From IMG/VR virus record IMGVR_UViG_3300029945_000585: 32,551 nt of DNA. One strand, 5' to 3'. Origin of the DNA: a virus. The notes beneath the pieces are model-generated. The model had not been told where the DNA came from. It worked only from the letters and a program-made list of their open reading frames with translations, and did not search any database. This document shows positions 9,360 to 15,781 of the stretch, piece after piece. The translations under genes were made by a program, and so were the position numbers. The first letter of the stretch is position 1; every line of letters starts with the position of its first letter.

Positions 9360-9660
9360 TGCAAGACCGAGGCTTCGTAGCCCGACCGAGGGCTGGTAGC
9401 GCAGTCTTCTTCGAATGGACCGACACGTATTTTCTCGTAGCCCTACCGAAGGCGGGATGGATCGGATCACTGAATTCTGTGGATGGTATGCCAATATCTC
9501 GGTTTCTTGCCAAAGATTTTGTACAAGAAATCGGGGACGGGATATTGCTCCTGGGCAGCGTCATAGCCATCCCGCCAACGAACCGCATCATGATTGGCGC
9601 GCTGTTCGGCCATGTGACGCTCATACGCGGCGTAGCCCTCGCGGACGAACCGCTCGCCGC
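9360..9660 (-). repeat. Further decayed repeat-like units beyond the putative leader
   Basis: cgaggcttcgtagcccgaccgagggctggtagc (9365), ttttctcgtagccctaccgaaggcgggatggatcgg (9432), cgtcatagccatcccgccaacgaaccgc (9560), gcgtagccctcgcggacgaaccgc (9628). Spacing is ~63-65 bp. Confidence 0.4.
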
Positions 9661-9919
9661 AATCATGCGCGGCTTGCTGCGAATAAAGCCCGTGTTTAAC
9701 GACATAATCGTCCCCCATATTGCTATGGATCGTCACGCCCCATTTTTCCTGCGCTATCACGACCGGCGCTGGAACCGGTGTCGCGAGCGGCTGCTGACGT
9801 GGCTGAGCAAGTTGGCTCGTTTCAAACCCCTCGGCCGCCTGTTGTTCTGCGAGGCCTTCATCCAACATGCGTTGAATTTCCTGTATGAGTTCGTCAAGGG
9901 TAATCGGCTTCGCGGTCAT
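9467..9919 (-). CDS. Hypothetical protein (N-terminal ~90 aa protein-like; C-terminal part overlaps decayed repeats and may be spurious)
   Basis: ORF MTAKPITLDELIQEIQRMLDEGLAEQQ... The C-terminal GYAAYE-type segments are translation of cgtagcc repeat remnants. Confidence 0.25.
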   Translation of the reverse strand: MTAKPITLDELIQEIQRMLDEGLAEQQAAEGFETSQLAQPRQQPLATPVPAPVVIAQEKWGVTIHSNMGDDYVVKHGLYSQQAAHDCGERFVREGYAAYERHMAEQRANHDAVRWRDGYDAAQEQYPVPDFLYKIFGKKPRYWHTIHRIQ

Positions 9920-9982
9920 GTCGGCAAACCCTTGAAGGTTTCGATCATGCCGAGACGACCCAGCATGATCGATCCTGTTTCG

Positions 9983-10132
9983 TCAGTGCTTGCCGACCTG
10001 GATGTTGGAGATGGTGCCGCGACCATACATCGCTTCCAACTGATCACGGGCGCGATCGGAATTCATCGCATCGACGGAAACCCGTTGCGTGGAAACACCA
10101 GGGCGGGGCTGAAACGTGGCGGTATAGGTCAT
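9983..10132 (-). CDS. Small hypothetical protein (~49 aa)
   Basis: Internal Met of ORF 9983..10246 (MTYTATFQPRPGVSTQRVSVDAMNSDRARDQLEAMYGRGTISNIQVGKH). GGAG 9 nt upstream. Confidence 0.3.
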   Translation of the reverse strand: MTYTATFQPRPGVSTQRVSVDAMNSDRARDQLEAMYGRGTISNIQVGKH

Positions 10133-10205
10133 AACAAAAAGTCTCCGGTTGGCACACTCGGTCTCAGATGACCGTCCATTAGAAATACCAGATAATCTCG
10201 TTTTG

Positions 10206-10487
10206 TCAATCGTTTTGTGAACTGCGATGGTGTGCGGGATCGTCAAGCTGGATACCCCGACTGCCGATGGCGATCAGACATTGCAGCAAAAACGCAGCGG
10301 TAAAGCCGCCCCGACTGATCTTATTGGTTAGATTGCGCGCGGTCTCATCAACGCCGATGGCAACGAGCCTTTCCGCCAACTGGCCGTAGGTGATGCCCTG
10401 CCGCTTCAATTCACCTTTCAATAGTTTTTTCACCCGAGCCTCGTATTCCCGCGTGATGGGGGCGTGCTTCCATTTGTTGATTGCCAC
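10206..10487 (-). CDS. Small helix-turn-helix-like DNA-binding protein (GTG start)
   Basis: From GTG: MAINKWKHAPITREYEARVKKLLKGELKRQGITYGQLAERLVAIGVDETARNLTNKISRGGFTAAFLLQCLIAIG. HTH-like pattern (ITYGQLAERL...ETARNLTNKISRG). Family assignment from memory only. Confidence 0.4.
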   Translation of the reverse strand: MAINKWKHAPITREYEARVKKLLKGELKRQGITYGQLAERLVAIGVDETARNLTNKISRGGFTAAFLLQCLIAIGSRGIQLDDPAHHRSSQND

Positions 10488-10515
10488 TCTGGCCTGCTCT
10501 GGCTGATTGGGATCG

Positions 10516-10827
10516 CTAGTCGTGGCGGTCTTGGTCGATACCGTTATGGCCGGTCTGCACCGCTGTCTGTAAATCGACGATAAACTCCTTCTGCAAGACC
10601 ACCAATTCCTCATAGGCTTTGTTCAGTTCGCGCGACTTGGCGATGTGCCGGTCCTGGATATCCACGATGTCGGAATACGACCCGATCATGCTGCGCGCCT
10701 TGTCCATCTGCTGTTCCTGAAGATCAATCGTTTCCTTCAGGACAAGCAAGTTCGCTTGAAGCTGGGTGATCATCGTTTCCTGTAATTTGATCATATTCTG
10801 CAACTGAGCCATGGTGACGATCGCCAT
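10516..10827 (-). CDS. Coiled-coil protein, paralog A
   Basis: MAIVTMAQLQNMIKLQETMITQLQANLLVLKETIDLQEQQMDKARS... GGGAAAGAG Shine-Dalgarno upstream. Heptad-rich. Confidence 0.55.
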   Translation of the reverse strand: MAIVTMAQLQNMIKLQETMITQLQANLLVLKETIDLQEQQMDKARSMIGSYSDIVDIQDRHIAKSRELNKAYEELVVLQKEFIVDLQTAVQTGHNGIDQDRHD

Positions 10828-10899
10828 TGTGAACTCTTTCCCGCAGTTCCTTGCGAGAAGTTTTACCTGATCCGGCATGCCCTGCCAAGACCGGCAATC

Positions 10900-11175
10900 T
10901 TATGCAGGTTGTGCCCCAAACTCTGAAAGGCAGCGCGCGGGACTGCCCTGACGTTTAAGGCGCTGCACGGCCTGCAAATTGGCAATAAACTGCCTCTGCA
11001 AGATCACCAGTTCCCCATAGGTTTTGTTCAATTCGTGCGCTGTTTTGATGCGCTGCTCCTGGAGCATAAGGGTTTCTTTCAGGGTGACCACGTCCGCATG
11101 AAGCTGGGCGATCGTCGCGTCCTGTAAGTCGATCATTTGCTGCAACTGACTGAGTGTGGGGGTGACGGAGGCCAT
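10900..11175 (-). CDS. Coiled-coil protein, paralog B (tandem duplicate of 10516..10827)
   Basis: MASVTPTLSQLQQMIDLQDATIAQLHADVVTLKETLMLQEQRIKTAHELNKTYGELVILQRQFIANLQAVQ. Collinear similarity to paralog A (QLQ.MI.LQ...I.QL.A....LKET..LQEQ). Confidence 0.55.
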   Translation of the reverse strand: MASVTPTLSQLQQMIDLQDATIAQLHADVVTLKETLMLQEQRIKTAHELNKTYGELVILQRQFIANLQAVQRLKRQGSPARCLSEFGAQPA

Positions 11176-11269
11176 TGCGAAACCCTTTCTTGCAGTTTCG
11201 TTCAAGGTTTCACACGATCTGTCAATTCTTCACTTTTTGCAAGACCATCTTGAACGCCATTGCGGCCTG

Positions 11270-11464
11270 CTAAATACTCTCGCAGAGGATCAGGAGCGGG
11301 CGAAACAGCCGGTCAATTTCCGCTTGACACTCGTCATCGAGACCGCCGTTCACCTCGGCCCAGAGCAGTTCGCGACTGCGCGTGAGATGATAGCGCAGGA
11401 GGCGAGTGACATTGCCCAGTGCTGCATCATCCGGCAGGCGACGCTTTTGGAACGCGCCGATCAC
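11270..11464 (-). CDS. Small hypothetical protein (64 aa)
   Basis: ORF MIGAFQKRRLPDDAALGNVTRLLRYHL... Same strand as neighbours. An alternative overlapping + ORF exists. Confidence 0.25.
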   Translation of the reverse strand: MIGAFQKRRLPDDAALGNVTRLLRYHLTRSRELLWAEVNGGLDDECQAEIDRLFRPLLILCESI

Positions 11465-11548
11465 TTGCTTTAGTGCCAGATAATCGTGTTTCCATGCTCG
11501 GTCATGCGACTATTTTAGAAGCCGCGACCTCTTTAGGGTCGCGGTAGT

Positions 11549-11995
11549 TCACATTTCTGTCGCGAGGTCCAGAGGCCATAGAGCCGCTTCAGGAGGCGGT
11601 TGCGGTTCGCCGGGGTCAGTGCTGCCAGGAATGCCTTCTCGAACGTCTGGAGGGCCTTGCTGAGCCAGCGTTTGGCCGGTTCTGCGAACCAGCACGCCTT
11701 CGCCAATCTTGCGCGCTTGATTAAGATCGATTATCGATCCCGACATCGACCCATAAGCCCCCATGTAACCGATTGCGAGATCGCTGTATTTCGGCATGCC
11801 GAGATCGGCTAGCGTGGTGTATCCCAGCGGTAGTTCAATCGGTGTGCGATTGCGGCCACGATAGGTCGTCCAGACCGCCTTGCGCGGCTCCGCCTCCAGC
11901 AGACGGGCCGCGATGTCACGCAGGATACGCCGGGCATGATTGCGTTGGGTGCGATCGCTGGCGGCATCCTCAGCGAGGAGTTCAAAATAGCGCAT
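11549..11995 (-). CDS. CTS-like N-peptide family protein; possible R-S-E-type ART-like (YRG, GSMSGS, GEGVLV)
   Basis: MRYFELLAEDA... N-terminus. CCTAAATA then 6 nt then ATG. TTYRGRN, YGSMSGS and KIGEGVLVRR are partly consistent with Arg / S-x-S / Glu ART motifs, but the catalytic Glu register is shifted. Confidence 0.55.
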   Translation of the reverse strand: MRYFELLAEDAASDRTQRNHARRILRDIAARLLEAEPRKAVWTTYRGRNRTPIELPLGYTTLADLGMPKYSDLAIGYMGAYGSMSGSIIDLNQARKIGEGVLVRRTGQTLAQQGPPDVREGIPGSTDPGEPQPPPEAALWPLDLATEM

Positions 11996-12046
11996 GAGCG
12001 ATATTTAGGTGATCCAGCCTGCTGCCCGATCGCTTCGTCATGTCGC

Positions 12047-12610
12047 TCAGCGGTACTTCAAGCGGGCCTTGGAACCGACTTTGAAGTGTTGTTTGATCTG
12101 CTTCACTTCATCTGAGGACATAGTCCGCGCGTCTTTGTCGTACTTGTAGTCCTTAAACCGATGGTGACGGTCCGTAATCTCTTGGCCGGTATCGAATTCG
12201 TGACCGTGGCTGCGTTCAATCCAACCATGCCCGCCATACTTTTCACGCGCAATGACATCCAAAGGAACCACGCGGTTGACCTTGAGCTTTTCAAATTGAT
12301 CAGCCGGGATGAAAATTTCGCTGCTCCAACGTCCAACTGTATCATGCTCAAGAGCCGATGGATCAGCATATATCTCAGCAACAAACGCTCTCAGATAATC
12401 GTGGCCGTTAACCCAGGGTTCAACGTCACGAGTAAGGTAGATGCCCTTATGTCCCGAGCGTGGGGAAATGGACAAGGCGTTGTCCTCAGGTGCGTAGTTC
12501 GGATTGAGTTTGAAGTTGGCCTTGTTGGTGATGTGATAGAGCTTGACCGGACCAGCGGGCGTGTCCTCGTCTTCAGTCACAATCTCTATGAAGCGGCGGA
12601 TGTCGTGCAT
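12047..12610 (-). CDS. CTS-like N-peptide family protein; possible H-Y-E-type ART-like
   Basis: Start at MHDIRRFIEIVTEDE (ATG 12610). CCTAAATA then 4 nt then ATG. VKLYHITNKANF, GIYLTRD and WSSEIFIP are arranged like the YHGT/Y/E motifs of the 5080 gene. Confidence 0.55.
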   Translation of the reverse strand: MHDIRRFIEIVTEDEDTPAGPVKLYHITNKANFKLNPNYAPEDNALSISPRSGHKGIYLTRDVEPWVNGHDYLRAFVAEIYADPSALEHDTVGRWSSEIFIPADQFEKLKVNRVVPLDVIAREKYGGHGWIERSHGHEFDTGQEITDRHHRFKDYKYDKDARTMSSDEVKQIKQHFKVGSKARLKYR

Positions 12611-12639
12611 GCGATATTTAGGCACAGCCCAACAGGTCC

Positions 12640-13287
12640 TTATTTCCTCTCGCCCAGACGCAGTTTGACGTCCTGGCGGGACAGAAAATAGGTTTTGCCT
12701 TTGATGCGAACATGCGGATGCCCGAGGGTCATCGAGGTCACCACGCCGGACTGACCGCTGAGATGTCCGTAGCTCTCCCGCGCATGCTCATTGGTCCACT
12801 GATCGGTCACCGTGACCTTGGCGCCGGGCTGGAGCGTCGTGATGACCGGCGGTGGGATGTTGATCTCGACCTGTTTGACATAGGCCGGGAAGACGCAGAC
12901 CTGCCGGATGTCTTCGTTGCCGACCGCCCGGCCTTCCTTGATGACGATGCCATCATGCTGCTGGCGACAGGCGGCCAAATCGAATTGCTCGAACGTCGCG
13001 GCACTGGCCGTGGCAAACACATAGGGATTATACAGCACGATGCGGCATTGCACGGGATCGCCAAAGCGTTTCGCCATCAGTTTTGTCGGCGCGGCGTAGA
13101 GGCCATCGCCCAGCAGATATTGGCGTTTGAGTTTGGCCTGCCATCGATCGCTCAACGGGGTGCTGGTGCGGCCCTGGCCCCGCCATGCATAAAACAGCGC
13201 GGGCTGACCGGTTTGCAATTCATGCCAGGGGGTCTCCGGCGGCAAGCCCCGGACGCCCGTTTCGGCGATGATCTCATGATAGCGCAT
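12640..13287 (-). CDS. CTS-like N-peptide family protein; weak R-S-E ART-like motifs
   Basis: MRYHEIIAETG... N-terminus. TTTAAATA then 6 nt then ATG, with TTGACA 17-18 nt further upstream. ALFYAWRGQG and LYAAPT are weak Arg / S-T-S-like motifs. Confidence 0.55.
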   Translation of the reverse strand: MRYHEIIAETGVRGLPPETPWHELQTGQPALFYAWRGQGRTSTPLSDRWQAKLKRQYLLGDGLYAAPTKLMAKRFGDPVQCRIVLYNPYVFATASAATFEQFDLAACRQQHDGIVIKEGRAVGNEDIRQVCVFPAYVKQVEINIPPPVITTLQPGAKVTVTDQWTNEHARESYGHLSGQSGVVTSMTLGHPHVRIKGKTYFLSRQDVKLRLGERK

Positions 13288-13455
13288 AGGCTGTATTTAA
13301 ATCGCTGACCAGTTTTGCTGTCAAGTCTTCTTGATCGGTGTAACGAAGCGCTTAGTCGCGAAGCCGATGAACTGTGACGAGATACGTCATGCGTTTCCCG
13401 AGAGTTCTCCTCGGCATGGCGGCGCACGCTTAGGAATTGGTTTAAATAAACCTAA

Positions 13456-13812
13456 TCACGCGTCGGATCGTCGATTGAATATCGTTTTCAAAAACTTTAT
13501 GCGATCACGCGCGCTCTTGATGCCATCCAGCGCTTGGTTGTGGACGCGGCGTGGCGCAAAGCGTAATACGCCACCCAGCGCTTCCATTTCGCTCGTGAGC
13601 TTGTCTTCGAGTGCGTCCAATGCGCTATTCATAAGCTCTCGATCGTCATCTGACCAGTCGGTCATCAAGCTTGCTCCATAGTCAGCCCCATGACGGACAG
13701 ACCCGTGCTGAGCCATATAAACCGCTCGTTGCGCCTTTTCAGCCGTGATTGATGCCTCAGCCCTTCGCATGGCCTCAAGCATGGCTTTATTTGCCAGTCT
13801 CCGATTGACCAT
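13456..13812 (-). CDS. Hypothetical protein
   Basis: 118-aa ORF on the same strand as the downstream family genes. No recognisable motif. Confidence 0.35.
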   Translation of the reverse strand: MVNRRLANKAMLEAMRRAEASITAEKAQRAVYMAQHGSVRHGADYGASLMTDWSDDDRELMNSALDALEDKLTSEMEALGGVLRFAPRRVHNQALDGIKSARDRIKFLKTIFNRRSDA

Positions 13813-13932
13813 AATACAGCATCTTTTGTGAGGACGCTGAGTATTCGATCATAGCCTATTGGCTGTCAATCGCGCTGTTGAACCGTCGGCGCCTCCGGTC
13901 ACGCGGCGCGTCCACGCCAGTCTAAATATGCC

Positions 13933-14517
13933 ATGAACGATCTCAGGAAATGGATGCAATTGACGGAAGCGCTGGAACCCGATCCCATCGAGGACGAGCG
14001 GCCGGATGAGCTTGCCGAGCTATTAAGCGAATGGATCGACACTGATCCGAACATGACGGATGATTACCGTCAGCAAAAGGCGAGTTTGGCCCAGAGCCTG
14101 TTGCGCTATGACGATATCGCCGCCAAGTTCCGCGAGGTTTCCGCTCCGGTGCTCTATCGGGGGATCAGTCTGCGTAAACCGCGTTTTAACCTGGAGCAGC
14201 ATTTGCTGGTCAAGCCGCGCCGGACCGATGTGTTTGAATCGTGGACGATGCAGCGCCCGATGGCGGATTTGCATGCCATGCGCCCCTGGCTGGTGGATGC
14301 GTCGCTGCGCACCCGAACCATGAGCCGATCGGCATATCCATTCATCATTGCGGAACAAGTGGCCCGGCTGCCGATCTGGATCAATATCTCAACTTTCATG
14401 CATTGGGCGGGCAAGACCACGAATGAGGGCGAGGTCCTGGTGCGGGCCGCGCCACGGGCCTATGCCAGGGTGTATGATGCGCCACGGGTGCCAGGGATGC
14501 CAAATCGTGACAGGTGA
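13933..14517 (+). CDS. CTS-like N-peptide family protein; R-S-E clade ADP-ribosyltransferase (cholera/C3/iota/T4 Alt-ModB type)
   Basis: MNDLRKWMQLTEALE N-terminus. TCTAAATA then 4 nt then ATG. Motif 1 PVLYRGISL (aromatic-R). Motif 2 FESWT (S-x-T). Motif 3 TNEGEVLVR matches the [QE]-x-E-V-L hydrophobic catalytic loop of C3/iota/Vip2. Confidence 0.7.
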   Translation: MNDLRKWMQLTEALEPDPIEDERPDELAELLSEWIDTDPNMTDDYRQQKASLAQSLLRYDDIAAKFREVSAPVLYRGISLRKPRFNLEQHLLVKPRRTDVFESWTMQRPMADLHAMRPWLVDASLRTRTMSRSAYPFIIAEQVARLPIWINISTFMHWAGKTTNEGEVLVRAAPRAYARVYDAPRVPGMPNRDR

Positions 14518-14968
14518 TCTCAGAAAATGGCTGCGGCTGGTTGAAGCAGCAGGGTCGTTTACGCCTGAACAAGCGCGTGAAATCGGCAGTTGCGCGATTA
14601 TCGCCATGGCGCATATCACCGGACTATCCTGGGATCAGGTGTGGGAACAGGCCAAACCGTACTATACCCGCTTTGGCATGGACGCTGGCGCGATTGGTGC
14701 GACCATGCGCGAACTTGGCTGGAAATACGGCGATAAATCGAATTGGAAGCTGCTCGGTATGCCGGTTGGTCTGGCGAGTGCCAAGGCGATGACTGTCCAG
14801 CAAGCGCAGGTCTATCTGCAAGAACATGAGCCGGATGCCCGCTTGATATGCCTGATTCACGCGCGCGGTGTCCCCCATTCGATCGCGTTCGCCGATGGGC
14901 AATTTCATAATGTCGAAGGGGCATGGCGGGCCAGAATACGTTTGGCGTATTATTGCACGCAAGATTGA
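14507..14968 (+). CDS. CTS-like N-peptide family protein, GTG start overlapping the upstream stop by 11 nt; possible Cys-His (papain-like) enzyme
   Basis: GTG at 14507 gives (M)TGDLRKWLRLVEAAG, matching the family motif. Overlaps the TGA of 13933..14517 (translational coupling). GSCAIIAMAHITG and VPHSIAFADGQFHN suggest a Cys/His dyad. Confidence 0.5.
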   Translation: MTGDLRKWLRLVEAAGSFTPEQAREIGSCAIIAMAHITGLSWDQVWEQAKPYYTRFGMDAGAIGATMRELGWKYGDKSNWKLLGMPVGLASAKAMTVQQAQVYLQEHEPDARLICLIHARGVPHSIAFADGQFHNVEGAWRARIRLAYYCTQD

Positions 14969-15055
14969 ACCGCGCGCGTCGCAGGCCAAATCATAAGTTG
15001 ACAGTTCCCAACAGGAGGTTCATCGTCCGATTCGCGAAAATCAGGGGACGATCAC

Positions 15056-15574
15056 ATGACAAATCAACGGTTGGGTGTGGTATTGGCACTCACTGTCACC
15101 GGCTGTAACGCGATGACTGATTTGCGAGTATCGCAGGCAACACCCCAAGGTCAATCGACGATCATGCCTGGAACCGTGCATCGATGCGCCTGGGACACTG
15201 AGCGCGTCGCGTTTGCCTATCAGGCGCTGCAAACGCAGATGATGGAGGCGGCATTATCCTGCGGTCAGGAAGCCCCCTACAATCGTTTCGTTAATCGTTA
15301 TCGTCCGGCGTTGTTGGACTCGATAAAACAGATTACGATGCATTTCGCGCGGATCAATGGGGATGATGGCGAGGCTGAACGCGACGCCTACATCACCGAC
15401 CTTGCGAATGTGCAATCGCAAGGCCACGGGCCGACATTCTGTGAGTTGATGATCCCGCTCGTCGATGAAGCCGTGACCTTGGAGAGTGGGGCTGAGGTCG
15501 CGCAGTTCGTTGCCGATCATCAAATCGCCACGTCCGATACGATGGTCTCCTGTACAGAGACAGCCAGTCACTAG
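15056..15574 (+). CDS. Lipoprotein (hypothetical)
   Basis: Signal peptide MTNQRLGVVLALTVTGC with a lipobox-like VTGC. AGGGGA upstream. Confidence 0.55.
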   Translation: MTNQRLGVVLALTVTGCNAMTDLRVSQATPQGQSTIMPGTVHRCAWDTERVAFAYQALQTQMMEAALSCGQEAPYNRFVNRYRPALLDSIKQITMHFARINGDDGEAERDAYITDLANVQSQGHGPTFCELMIPLVDEAVTLESGAEVAQFVADHQIATSDTMVSCTETASH

Positions 15575-15781
15575 TATCTGCCGCAAATCGTTCGCGCATT
15601 TTGTCGAACGGCAGTATCCGATATCGTGAGTAGGAGCATCGAGAGTTCTGATTGACTGAGATATATGATGCGCCCATCGTGTTCTCGGCGGTGAATTTTC
15701 ACGCGCTTAAAACATTGCAATGAAATATTTTTCGCGGCAGCAATGTTCGCAGAAGCAATCTTTGTCAAAAGGAGTCTCAAC

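Noticed and set aside
9284-10171. 295-aa + ORF beyond the array 1 leader
   Set aside because: Low-complexity, overlaps decayed repeats and the more protein-like minus-strand ORF. No start context.
11549-11995. Firm ART call for the 11549 protein based on KIGEGVLVRR
   Set aside because: The Glu register differs from the canonical E-x-E loop (EGEVLV in the 13933 protein). Kept only as a possible or degenerate ART.
12161-13308. + strand ORFs 12161..12691 and 12712..13308
   Set aside because: Antisense to the better-supported minus-strand family genes that carry the conserved N-peptide and TAAATA motif.
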